Shown here: positions 12,795 to 24,649 of the stretch, piece after piece
Layout of the letters: every line of letters begins with the position of its first letter
Position numbering within the stretch: the stretch's first letter is position 1
Source: Octopus sinensis
Lineage: Eukaryota
Length of the DNA: 64,000 nt
Assembly: GCF_006345805.1 (NCBI RefSeq)
Contig: NC_043005.1
Span: forward strand, 63,364,001-63,428,000
Reading direction: 5' to 3'
Made by a program: the position numbers and the translations under genes
The notes under the pieces: model-generated
Seen by the model: the letters and a program-made list of their open reading frames with translations, nothing else
Told to the model about the DNA's origin: nothing
Databases searched by the model: none

Positions 12795-13455
12795 CCCTTT
12801 AGCATTTAAACTGGCTATATCCAGCCAAAATATTCTGTTTTATGTTCAAACTAGCCTGATCTGGTATCTCAGTGGAGTGCTAACAGCTCCATCTGAGCAG
12901 GATTAGTGCCAGAGCAGCTGACTGGCTTCCATGCTGGTGGCATGTAAAAAGCACCGTTTGAGTGTGATCGTTACCAGCGTCACCTTACTGGCACTTGTGC
13001 CGATGGCACATGAACAAAACATTCGAGCGAGGTCATTGCCAGTGTCTCTAGACTGACTGCTGTGCAGGTGACACATAAAAAACACCATTTTGAGCATGGC
13101 CGTTGCCAGTACCACCAGACTGGCCCTCGTGCTGGTGGCATGTAAAAGCACCCACTACACTCTCGGAGTGTTTGGCATTAGGAAGGGCATCCAGCTGTAG
13201 AAACTCTGCCAGATCAGATTGGAACCTGGCACAGCCGTCTGGTTTGCCAGTCCTCAGTCAAATCGTCCAACCCATGCTAGCATGGAAAGTGGACGTTAAA
13301 TAATGATGATGATCATCATCATCATACAATATCATTCTAGAAATAATCAATGACATCATTAAAATCTTGAAGCTACAAAATAATGCTTGATTAATTCAGA
13401 AACAATGTGAATAAATAAGCATTATATTTGAAGGAGCAGTCTGAATGCTAAAGGG
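12795..13455. mobile_element. piggyBac-type MITE (family 2) carrying an RTE tail insertion at 12872-13325
   Basis: TTAA-CCCTTTAGCATT...AATGCTAAAGGG-TTAA; the uninterrupted paralogue is at 63492-63711. Confidence 0.85.
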
Positions 13456-13964
13456 TTAAAATGTCATTTTCAAGAAGGAAAAAATCATAGTCAAACTAAA
13501 GCAGGGTTCAAGAAAATTGAGGAAGAGCAAAAAAGAAAAGAGAAATAAAGAAATAAAGCTATGGAGTCTAGTGACTCATCATGTTGTTTGTGAATTTGTG
13601 TTAAATAGCAGGGCATTATAATGGAGCTGTACTGTATTTTTAGAACAGAGCAAATACTTGCATAGAATTACTAAATACCAGCAGAAATCCAATAAATGCA
13701 CAAGCAATAACAATATGTTTGTAATATATCCTGTAGATAAAAATCTGCTGCTGAATGGTGAAATTCTTCATTCTGTAATGCAAACAGTAGGATATGAGAA
13801 AACTCAGTGATTGTCAGTGTTGGCAATTAGTAAGTAAAAACAGTTTGCTGGAGAGTAAAAAATATAACGGAGCTCTATCAGTTTTAACAATGACTATTCC
13901 TTTGTTTGATTTACTGGACCTTCTACTTGTTCTCATTAGATTAACTAGTTAATATGCAAGTCTT

Positions 13965-14200
13965 GTCTTTTATTTATTTAAGTCATTGGACTGTGGCTGT
14001 GCTGAGACGCTGTCTTAAACGGTTCTAGTTGAGTAAATCAATCCAAGTATTTAAATTTTTAAAGTCTGTTATTTATTCTATTGGACCCTAGTACTAATTT
14101 TATAAGTCTCTTTTGCTGAACTGCTAATGTTACACGGATGCAATCACACCAACACCAGTTGTCAAGCAGTGCTGGGGGACGAACTCAGTCACAAAAACAC
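13965..14200 (-). mobile_element. SINE family A 3' part, degenerate
   Basis: Similarity to the reverse complement of the family 3' half. Confidence 0.65.
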
Positions 14201-14599
14201 ACATAGATAACGGTTATTTTCAATACTTTTCTCACTGGATTAAGTGTTTGTCTCTCTTTTTGTCTTCTGCAATTTTATTTGGATCTTCTATATATATGAA
14301 AAATTTTCCTCCATCTGGCTGTTTTTCTCTCTACAAAACAGAAAGTTGCATTATGGAACAGTCATTTTAACGAGATTTTTTACTTATTTATCACCCGACA
14401 AGATACGTCTGCACTACCAGAAACTCCTGAACCAGTTTTTGTGTGTCCAACAAGAGGAGTCGATGCTAGATGTGTTGAAACAATTGTGATTAATATATTC
14501 TCATATATTCCATCTTCTGTCTTTCATTTGTTTTATATATACATACATGCATACAAAGATATACATACATATATATACATATATACATATATATATATA

Positions 14600-14976
14600 C
14601 ACTACCGTCAGAAATTAATTAGCAGCCTTGATTTGCTCTTCACTCAAGGTATATGCTGTCACCTAGTGGCCATATCTTGAACTATTGCTTTGTTGCGAGT
14701 TCACTGTTGCGCAGAACGATGACGTAACTTTGTTTGCAGAGCAGTTTGAGAGTCTACACCCTTATGATGTTGACATAGCAGTGCAACAACAACTTGGAGT
14801 GCGAATGCAGACAAATCTTCCTTTGTTTAATAGATATAGGTAGCGCCTCGCAAGGACCGAAATCACACCATACTAAGTTTTCTCATCGCGTAAGACGTTT
14901 TGAACAGCTCATAGGTTAATTGATTTAACCTATTTAATGTAGAAATTTGAGAAGTGCTAATTAATTTCTGACGCAA

Positions 14977-14979
<3 letters not shown>
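14600..14979. mobile_element. Tc1/mariner-type MITE
   Basis: 25-bp TIRs CACTACCGTCAGAAATTAATTAGCA / TGCTAATTAATTTCTGACGCAAGTG (2 mismatches) with TA on both sides; non-coding interior. Confidence 0.85.
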
Positions 14980-15017
<38 letters not shown>

Positions 15018-15089
15018 TTTTCCTCTAAGTTTCAGTCCAAGGACTGCTGTTTACTTTGCTACACTTTCACTAAATCTTCTCTGATATGT

Positions 15090-15345
15090 GTCATTTGGTG
15101 GATGAAAGAGTTTGACATTGCTGCCCTCATCTGTGTTTCTTGCCTAGAAGTAGGTTCATCCCAAACTCTTGACAGAAGGAGATCTAGTTTTGTTTTGAAA
15201 AAAGCCTACATCCACACCATGCAAGTCTCTCAGGCTTTGTGAGAGGACATTGAAGAGCTGTGGGCCTTTGAAGCCCAAACTGTTACAGTATCTGGTCTTG
15301 TATCCTGATGGCAATGTTGGGACCTTTGATACCATGCAGGAGTGC
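15090..15345 (-). mobile_element. CR1/L2-type LINE 3' end fragment
   Basis: YKTRYCNSLGFKGPQLFNVLSQSLRDLHGVDV, then frameshifted FKTKLDLLLSRVWDEP. Confidence 0.7.
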
Positions 15346-15439
15346 CCCATCCTGCTGTTTGTTTTAGTGACAATGACAAAGTTTGGAATAGGTTTTTCTA
15401 GGTTTTTCCAGATATATATTACTGCATATCTTTCTCACC

Positions 15440-15600
15440 TTCGCTCTGGGCTTCTTTCAGTTTCTGTCTTCCAAATCCATTCACAAGTCTTTGGTTGGCC
15501 CAAGGCTATAGTAGAAGACACTTGCTCAAGATGCCATGCAATGGGACTGAAACTGGAACTATGTGGGTGGGAAGCAAGCTTCTTACCACACAGCCATATC
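15440..15600 (-). mobile_element. SINE family A head
   Basis: Reverse complement of the tRNA-like head. Confidence 0.8.
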
Positions 15601-15939
15601 AGTGTCCAACTTTTTCTATCATGTTGCCCAGTTACCTGAAATTATTTATTTGTAGCATGCCACTGACATTTTCTAAGTTATCCTATATCATTGCTTAATG
15701 TTGCTTTTACTCTCATCTTACAGGCAGTTTTTAATGGGAAAGATATTGATTCCTGTCTAATTGCCATGGTTTGAGAATTGCTCATCCAGCAAACAATTTA
15801 GTTACAGGCATGGTAACTGAAGAATCAAAATTTAATATAAATATAAATGCTAAAGAGAACTTAATTTCGTTAAGCTGATCTTTTCCTCATTTTTGCAGAG
15901 TTAAATCTTCCACCTTGTATATCATTAAAGTCTGCTTAA

Positions 15940-16138
15940 CATCATCATCATCAACATCATCTCCTCCTCCTACTCATCATCATCATTATTATCATCATCA
16001 TCACTACCACTATTATTGCTACTGTTATGACCACCAACACCACCATCATTATCAACATTCCCAACTGTCATCAACACCACCATTATCATCATCATCACCA
16101 TCATCATCATTCTGATTATTATTATTATTATTATTTTC

Positions 16139-16171
<33 letters not shown>

Positions 16172-16172
16172 T
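15940..16172. repeat. (CAT)n and (TAT)n trinucleotide repeats
   Basis: Direct inspection. Confidence 0.9.
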
Positions 16173-16680
16173 AGTGAGACAGCAACACATGCCATCAAAA
16201 TGACACTGAGGTACAAATATATGAAGCCCAGTATACCTATCATAGCTACCCATCTGATAAGGGTACAGCAGGCACATATGTTTGTGACATGGTGACTTCA
16301 TATCAAGGTAAACAGCACATGACCTTGCAGGTGGGGGCCCAGTTAGAATTTTCTTCAGATTGGGTAGCCCATCCCACTCAAAAGGTCCCTGAATAAGTGT
16401 TGTTTAAGGATGTTGAAAAAACACCCGTGTTTTCAGAGGTGAATTATTCTGACCCTCCAAAATTCCTCTCCAATATATGGCTATGATGCTCCCTCACTAC
16501 TCCTACTCATGATGCACCAAGAGACATGTTCAACTGGTTAAGGTCAAGCAAATGACAAGCAAATCTGTGGTATTGAGCAGAATATTTGCTGTAGCTCAAC
16601 TTTTATACCATGAGAAAACATGTATATGATAACACTTCCAATCAGTTACAATCAGAAGGCAGAGAGCCAGTGCCCTGTAT
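16112..16680 (-). mobile_element. Unclassified retroposon 3' portion with (AAT)n tail
   Basis: GC-richer non-coding block ending on the minus strand in a long (AAT)n run; family assignment is from recognition only. Confidence 0.45.
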
Positions 16681-16761
16681 TAAATCATATTATTATCATT
16701 GTCATTATCATTATTATTATCCTTATTATTATTATTATTATCATTATTATTACTATTATTA

Positions 16762-16970
16762 AGGCAGCAGGCTGGTAGAGTCGTTAGCACTCCAGGTGAA
16801 ACGCTTAGCACCATTTCATCCATCTTCAGGTTCCGAGTTCAAATTCTGTTAAGGTCGACTTTGCCCTTCATCCTTTCAGGGTCGATAAAATAAGTAGCAG
16901 TTAAACACTGAGTTGATGTAATCAACTTACTCATCCCCTGAAATTGCCGGCCTTGTGCTAAAATTTGAAA
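16762..16970 (+). mobile_element. SINE family B
   Basis: B box GAGTTCAAATTC and gtcgactttgcccttcatcctttcagggtcgat core. Confidence 0.8.
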
Positions 16971-18113
16971 TCATCATTATTATCATTATTATTATTATAG
17001 GGGTGATTTAATCCTCTAACACCTTCGCTCAAATTTCTAGCCTTGTGTCTATGCAAATAACATTTATTATTATCATAATCAACATCAACTCTTCTACTAT
17101 TTCTAAAAGCACTCAACCTTCAAACAACCTCAAATTTGATTACATACCACAAAATACTTTTTACAAAACTACATTTGATTTTATGGAAACCTATGCAGTA
17201 ATGTTAATAATGATTATCTTAAATCTACATCCCCTGTTTTCATGTGTAGAAAATGAATGAATTCTAAACTTTTGTCATGTGTATATATAAGCAAAGTACT
17301 AAAATAGCTGTATTAAAATTTATTTTCTCTTCAATATTCCTTGCAGTCCTTTTAATTTTACATTATTCATAACAGAATTTTTATTTACAACATTTATATT
17401 TATTATTCACAGACAGATTTGTCACTAATGTGGACTGGAATTTGTTAAAGGAAAAGAATAGAAAAGTTAGGAAGAAACAAGGAGAGAAAGCTTTCATTTG
17501 AAAGTCTTCATTGATATTTCAATGTTTCCTTAAGCAAATATTCTTTGACTCAAGCAGTCAAGGTGAATATTTGTGTCACATATTCACTTCTTTAATGGAA
17601 TAGTTGGGGTCTAAAGGTCATACATACTCTAGTAATTCAGCCAAATATTCAGAATTTTAAAACCAGTCACCTCTCTTCAACATAAAATGAAAATGAAATT
17701 TTGAATATGGAACTAGGAATGAATAAAAATAACTTACAAAAATAAGATTTATTATTTGAAATAATATCAAAAAATGAAAACGAGATTTTATAATAATTAT
17801 GTTCATGAATATAAGACTAGACTTTATTTTATCAACCATCTAATATGAATGAACAGCAAGGGAAAGAAGACACTAGTGGAATTTAAACTGAATTTAACAA
17901 AGTCATATAAAGCATTTTGTCCACTGCTGTACTGATTCCCTGATTCATATACTTTTAATGAGGTACAAATAAGCATTTATTTTATTATAAGTCAGTATTA
18001 ACAATAATTGTAATAATTATTAACATAGGATCAAAACTGTGCATTTTGAGTGAAAATTGATCTGAAAAAAAGCAGTGGAATTCAAACTTTAAAAAGCAAA
18101 GAGAGGCAATTAA

Positions 18114-18334
18114 CCCTTTCGTTACCGTATTTATTTTGAGACGTTCTGTGTTTCTCTCAATTATTTTAAATATAACAAAAGAATTTAGTAAAATAACCAA
18201 GTTATCATTAAGCTGGTATTAGGAACGTTAATTGTGACCAAGGCTTGGTGGAAGATTTTAATTCAAAAATTATGAAAACAAGACATTTTACCACAGAGCC
18301 AGAGCCGGTTTTGGCCAGGTTAGTAACAAAAGGG
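18114..18334. mobile_element. piggyBac-type MITE (family 1)
   Basis: TTAA-CCCTTTCGTTAC...GTAACAAAAGGG-TTAA; an inverted paralogue is at 21458-21671. Confidence 0.85.
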
Positions 18335-19199
18335 TTAAATACCGAAAGGTATATTTGTCTAACATTCCGCTGATTCGACCAAACAAAGAACAGGGAGCAA
18401 AATACCCAGCTGAATAAGAACAAAGTACGGGACATCATTGCATCAAATATAGCTATTAACATTGTTAAAATAACACTGAAGCAAACCAAAATTTGCTGGA
18501 AAAACTTTCAAGGAAATTAATGTTAATGATGTATCAATGTATTATTTTAAATGTTATTAATATATGCTTAATTTGAACATTAGGCTTTACTAATGTCTAC
18601 ACTAAATACTAGTTGGAAATCAGGCACCATTGCATTAATGGAGCTCAAGTTAAATCAAAACAGACAACTGGGCTTTAAACAAAGAAAAAAAACTGTTTCA
18701 AATGAAAGTAATGTAATTCTACTAAAAATTAAAAGCAGTATGAATATGTAAAAATTGATACATAATATGTGTGAAATATGGGGTGTGTAAAAATACACAT
18801 TACTAGAAATGAATAAACTGGTAATCTATAAAAATAATTGCAATCTAAATGAAGGGGCGGACTTCATTCCACAAATATCTCAGATGGAATAGAAAGACAT
18901 AAAAAGAAATGCCTCCAGAATTCATATCTTACAGTTATACTTTAACTTTAAAAGAGATTTCTGCATTTCTGCAAAATATACTTAAAATAACTGAAGAAGA
19001 AACAACCCTGATATAAAAATAACTTTGGATCCCAATGTAAGAAGATAGATTATCAAGATTGAACACAACATCAGAAAGAGAACACTTGAAAAAAATATAT
19101 AGGAAAGATACAAACAGCAAACAGACAAATATCAGTAAAAATACAAATATTAAATAAAGAATTAAAACTAGAGATATTGATTTCTTAGATAAGTACAAG

Positions 19200-19335
19200 G
19201 ACAGACATTTTTAGGATGAAAGGCAAAGTCAACCTTGGCAGAATTTGAAGAAATTTTAAATGAGAATATGAAGAAGGTTGAAATGCCACTTAGCATTTCA
19301 CCTGGCTTGTTAATGATTCAGCCAGCTCACCACCT
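19200..19335 (-). mobile_element. SINE family B, partial
   Basis: Reverse complement of head and core. Confidence 0.65.
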
Positions 19336-19371
19336 CACCAAATAATAAACTATTGACAATAAATGGCAATA

Positions 19372-19790
19372 AAAGGTGGCTAGCTGGCAGAAACGTTAGC
19401 ATGCCAGGCAAAATGCATAGCCATATTTCATCTGTCGTTATGTTCTGAGTTCAAATTCTGCCGAGGTCAACTTTGCCTTTCATCCTTTCGGGGTCGATAA
19501 ATGAAGCACCAGTTATGCACTGGGGTCGATATAATCGACTTAATCTGTTTGTCTGTCCTTGTTTGTCCTCTCTGTGTTTAGCCCCTTGTGGGTAGTAATC
19601 AAATAGGTATTTCGTCTGCCATTACATTCTGCATTCAAATTCTGCCAAGGTCGACTTTGCCTATCATCCATTCAGGATCAATTAAATAAGTACCAGTTAT
19701 GCACTGGGGTCGATGTAATCAACTTAATTCCTTTGTCTGTCCTAGTTTGTCCCCTCTACATTTAGCCTCCTGTGAGCAATAAATAAATAA
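19372..19790 (+). mobile_element. Dimeric SINE family B with 12-bp TSD
   Basis: Full unit plus a second unit beginning at tatttcgtc; aataaatggcaa at 19358-19369 and 19790-19801. Confidence 0.85.
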
Positions 19791-20799
19791 ATAAATGGCA
19801 ACAAACAAATATTGGAAACACATAAGAATATAAATATAACTGAGAAATCAATTAGTCTATACAGAAGTAACAGAAGTAGTCGATACTCCATCATAATATC
19901 TTACATAGAAACATTTAAATCAAAACAAACAATATGGAAGCAACTAGTCTATTTGGAAGGTCACTCTGCCGGAGGTTAATATATTAAAAACTGTAGCAAC
20001 ATGTCCTTCTAGTCACACTGTAACATCTTGAAGGAGGATGGTTGCTTTGGATAATACTGTTTTTGTCACACTAAGTCCAAGAAACACAAAATAGTTATGG
20101 TTTGGAGCACCTTTAATCAGAGTGACTTATGATTAAGCAATATAAAGATAAATTTGGAAAACAAGATGTAGAGAAAGACAGAAAATTAAAAAAATATTTT
20201 TAAACTTTTAAACAAATTAGATGAAAAAAAAAATGAAAATTTAAGAGAGACAAAAAAACTACAGATATGTAATGTAGAAAATGAAAGTAGCTGAAATGAA
20301 AGAAAGCTAAAAGCAACACACCTTTGCTAAATTACAAAGAATTCCTTGATATGTAAAACAACACTTCTCTGAATAAATGAAGCACTTTGTCACCAAACCT
20401 AAAGGATTTTTGCTAAGAACTAAGTAAAATCCAAATGGAAACTAATGCAGGATTAACTGCAAGAAAATCTAATTCCTGGGCATATATATATAAATGGTCA
20501 CTGTATTATTACAGGTGAGAATGTTTAAAAACAAGTTGAAAAGCAAAATAATCCTAAGATATCACAACTCAAGGGGTAACCTAGATATTGCAGAACATGC
20601 ATAATTAGAAAGTCATAGTAAATATCAAAAACCCAAACTTTAAACTTAAATATCTAATGTCAATTTAAAAAATTCTAAAAATCTGTAAAAGTTAAACATA
20701 ACTGAATTATTGACTAAGCTCAACATCTATCTCACTTCCTGAAATTGTTCAGTTGAAGCTTTCAGGCAAGATGACAAAGGACTGAGACAGATGGTACCT

Positions 20800-21450
20800 G
20801 CCCATTCTCAAGAAGATCTGTAACCCACAACAGACGTGTTAAAACCAGTCCTGCTGTTGGTGTAAAGTATTCGTGGCAATGCCATGTAAAAGAGCCATGG
20901 TGGTTGGGTGGTGCCATGTAAAAGCGTCTGTGTGGTGTCACATTAAAGCACCTGTATGGTGCCTTGTAAAAGTGCCCGTGCTGTTCCACATAACAGTGCC
21001 TGTGTGGTGACACATAAAAGTGCACGTGCAGTGACATGTAAAAGTACCTGTGTGACACATAAAAGCACTTCTGTGGAATCACATAAAAGTGCCTATGTGG
21101 TGTCACATAAAATGCCCAGGTGGTGCCATGTAGAAGTGCCCAAGTGATGCCACATGAAAGTGCACGTGTGGTGCTATGTAAAGGTGCTTGTTCAATGCCA
21201 TGTAAGAGCACTCATGCAGCGTCACATAAATGTGCCCATGTGGTGTCACATAAGAGTGCATGTATGGTGTTATGTGAAAGCACCCAACACACTTTATAAA
21301 GTGGTTGGCCTTGCTAAGGGCATCCAGCCATAGAAGCCATGTCAAATCAGACTGGAATCTGGTGCATCTCCCCAGCTTGCCAGCTCTGGTCAAAGCATCT
21401 AACCCATGCCAACATGGATAAAGGACATTGAATGATGATGATGAAAATGA
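20800..21450 (+). mobile_element. RTE-tailed element with 24-bp minisatellite (~17 units, 20881-21290)
   Basis: Units like gccatgtaaaagcacccatgtggt followed by the standard RTE tail and (GAT)n. Confidence 0.8.
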
Positions 21451-21457
21451 TGATTAA

Positions 21458-21671
21458 CCCTTTCATTACCAGCCCGTCTGACACTGGCTCTGAATACAAA
21501 TGTCTTGTTTTTGTAAGTTTTGAATTAAAATCTTCCACCAAACCTTAGTCACAATTTATGTTCCTAACACTAGCCAAATGGTAACTAAGTTATTTTACTA
21601 AATTCTTTGTTATATTTAAAGTAATTGAAAGAAACACAGAGCATCTCAAAATAAATACGGTAACGAAAGGG
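21458..21671. mobile_element. piggyBac-type MITE (family 1), opposite orientation to 18114-18334
   Basis: TTAA-CCCTTTCATTACC...GGTAACGAAAGGG-TTAA. Confidence 0.85.
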
Positions 21672-23287
21672 TTAAATCCTCAATTTTACTGCTTATTGTA
21701 TACCAATTTTTAACAGCATTATTATAGCAAAGGATAAATGCTAAGCAGGAATAAAAATGGAATTCTGCATGAGCTACTGAAGGAACCTCTTTACAGTTGC
21801 TTCACCTAATAGAAATAATGGTCAGATTGCTTTCTGTTATCTTAAAAAAAAAAGAAGAATATATTAGACAAAGTAGTTTGAGATATATGAAAAGACAGTA
21901 GCTATTGTTGGCATTCTTTTATTGTAATTCTACTCAATCAGAGATAAAATCTTTAATAGAATATTTCTATTAGAATAAATATGCTATTAAGAAGTGCTTC
22001 AGAGGTTCATAAGAATGACATTGCATTGATATTTAAAGCTAAGTTAAATCTTAAAAATTAAGGAAATAGCTATCTGCATTCTAGTTAATAAATAACAAAA
22101 CCATAACTTGAGAATGAGAAAGAAAGTCAGAAAATGGCAAAGAGTGATAACCAGAAAGCTTATGATGATATCCCCTACTCATGGATTCTGGAAATATTAG
22201 ACATCAGTAAAGCACTACCAACCATTCAAGGGTAAAAAATAAACAATTTTACTAATCTAAACAAAAATAATTGTGAAAACTAATCTCGTCCCAATCAAAA
22301 GAGAATATTCCGAGTATCTCCTTCTGTCAACTTCTATTCAGTTTATTGAAAACGTATTTGACCAATAACTAAATCAGACTGCATCAGAAACTAGTGTTAT
22401 AGGATGGCAATCAACTATCTATCTCCTCTATACAGATGATTCTCCATAAAAAGGAGATGGTATGTTTGATATAACAGACAATTAGAAATCTTGTTACATA
22501 AAGTCAGTGAGGAAATTGGCTAGGAGAACAGTTTGGAAAAATACACCAAGGCAACCTTTTACAAAGAAAAATTAATTAAAAAAAACATTAATATCATGTT
22601 GGATAAAGAAATTATATAAAGACCAAAGACAGACTTCCAAATACTTGGAAATTAATGAAGTAGAGAGAATACAGTATACACAAATCAAAGAAAAGGTTAG
22701 AATGGGCAATTATAGTCAGACATGGTAGATTAATACTTAAATTTGAGTTAATTACAAAAACAACAATAGTCTAAATATTGTAGAAAAAAAGTTGTTACAG
22801 TAATAATATTCTCAACTAGAAGTTCAATGATTTAGCAAGAGTAGACAGAAAAGCAAGAAAAATAATGAGCAAGTTTGAAATACTTGATTCAAAAGCCAAT
22901 AAATAAGAAATTGGGACAGTTAAGAAAATATGAGAACAAAAGGAAAGGGAAGGGAAAGTAGATGAAGTAAAAAAGTAAAAAAAAAAAGTGAAGAAATGGA
23001 AGTATTAAAACTAGGTAAATGAAGTTACACAGTAAATAAATAAATTAGTGTCTCCAAGCTGATAATGAATATACTAGCTTAAACTTTAATGTGGAACAGT
23101 TTCAATGTATTTAATGTTATCAGGTACAAGTTTTGATTTATTATCTTTAAGCAATTAATATAACCAATCTTATATGTTGTGATCTTGTTATGTCTGTTCC
23201 ACAATATATTCCTCTTTTCAATGGCTATAGGCTTCTACCAATCCTCTAAAATATCAAAAATATATATGTTATGGGAAGAATAATAAT

Positions 23288-23633
23288 TAAGGTGGCGAGC
23301 TGGCAGAATCGTCAGCAAGCCAGGCGAAATGCTTAGTGGTATTTTGTCTCGACTTTGCCTTTCATCGATTAAATAAGTACCAGTTACACATTGGGTTCGA
23401 TGTAATCGACTTAATCCGTTTGTCTGTCCTTGTTTGTCCTCTCTGTGTTTAGTCCCTTGAGGGTAGTAAAGAAATAGGTATTTCGTGTGTCATTACGTTC
23501 TGAGTTCAAATTCCGCCGAAGTCGACTTTGCCTTTCATCCTTTCAGGGTCAATTAAGTACTAGTTACGTACTGGCCTATCCTTGTTTGTCCTCTCTACGT
23601 TCAGCAATATAGAAATAAATAATAATAATAATA
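23288..23633 (+). mobile_element. Dimeric SINE family B inserted in the Gypsy LTR
   Basis: Same dimer junction (gggtagtaa..aaataggtatttcgt) as 19372-19790, with internal deletions. Confidence 0.8.
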
Positions 23634-24223
23634 ATGGAACACCCCTTCCCACACGACGAGTAGTATTTGATAGTCGTTACAAATACTGTGATGTCGAGAA
23701 ATCTGAAAGTCGGTCATAGATAGTTGTGTCTTACTTGGACGTTATAACAGTCCGACGTTGGATTACAACAGTGGCGACGAGGAATTAACGAACTCACAAG
23801 TAGTTACGAAACTCACAAAAGTTTTTTTGTGCAAATTTAGCGGTATACAAAAGCGTAAAATTATGGATATTTTGTTGGCCGGTTTGCTCGAGTTGCAAAT
23901 ACAGCAACATCAACAACTTTGGGAACAGCAGCAGCAGCTGCTGCAGGAACAGCAGCAACAACAATTATTATTACAACACCAAATGCTGAAATTAATGAAT
24001 AGTAAGTCATCCAAAAATGCTGAAAAGATGTTCTCACCAGATTGTGCTGCAAACTCAATGACGGAATTTAAATATGAACCAGACGAAAGAGTTCGAGGAT
24101 TACTATAGAAGATATGAACATGACTAATCCTAAGAAAACTGGCAGCAGGAGAACATGAGCATAACAGCAATTATGTACTCCCGTAAAAACCTCCTGACAT
24201 AATATTTAAAAATACAATAGACA

Positions 24224-24649
24224 TCTTCTTTATATATAAAAGTGAAGTTGTGTGCCTGTCTCCTACGATTTAGATTCCTAACTACTCCCACATTTTGCAG
24301 TGCAGTTTAACCAAAACCGGGTATCTTATAGTCGTGATTCATTTCGAGCCCTTCTGGGTATTAGCGCGCGTCTATGATGAGCCAACGATTTTAAAAAAAA
24401 TTCCTAACTACTCCCACATTTCGCAGTGCAGTTTAACCAAAACCGGGTATCTTATAGTCGTGATTCATTTCGAACCCTTCTGGGTATTAGCGCGCGTCTA
24501 TGATGAGTCAACGATTTTAAAAAAAAATTACCATAATTTTTTTCCATTTTTAATGCATTTTTTTGCTATTTTTTGGCTATAACTCTCTAAAAAATGCTTA
24601 TATAGTTATTTCCCTTACAAACCCGAGCAACGCCGGGCGATACTGCTAG
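24224..24649 (+). mobile_element. Non-autonomous Helitron with internal 126-bp tandem duplication
   Basis: 5' TC(TTCTTTATATATAAA), 3' hairpin CCCG-agcaacgc-CGGG then CTAG; inserted between A and T with no TSD, and its removal restores the gag frame. Confidence 0.9.

Larger units (their letters stand above)
18860..22890 (+). mobile_element. Long degraded R4/Dong-clade element with several nested insertions
   Basis: RT motifs DNQKAYDDIPYSWILEIL (22146), LLYTDD (~22430), KYLEINE and LARVDRKARKIM; weaker N-terminal similarity at 18860-19195 and 20280-20760. Confidence 0.65.

Noticed and set aside
13640-13771. 43-aa minus-strand ORF with a hydrophobic stretch after an AG acceptor (MKNFTIQQQ...FALF)
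   Set aside because: Too short, no recognisable family, and expected by chance in AT-rich DNA.
20881-21290. CRISPR-like repeat array
   Set aside because: Contiguous degenerate 24-bp units with no unique spacers, in eukaryotic context and attached to an RTE tail.
23860-24110. Poly-glutamine host protein exon
   Set aside because: Lies directly after an LTR and PBS and continues into Mag-type gag motifs.
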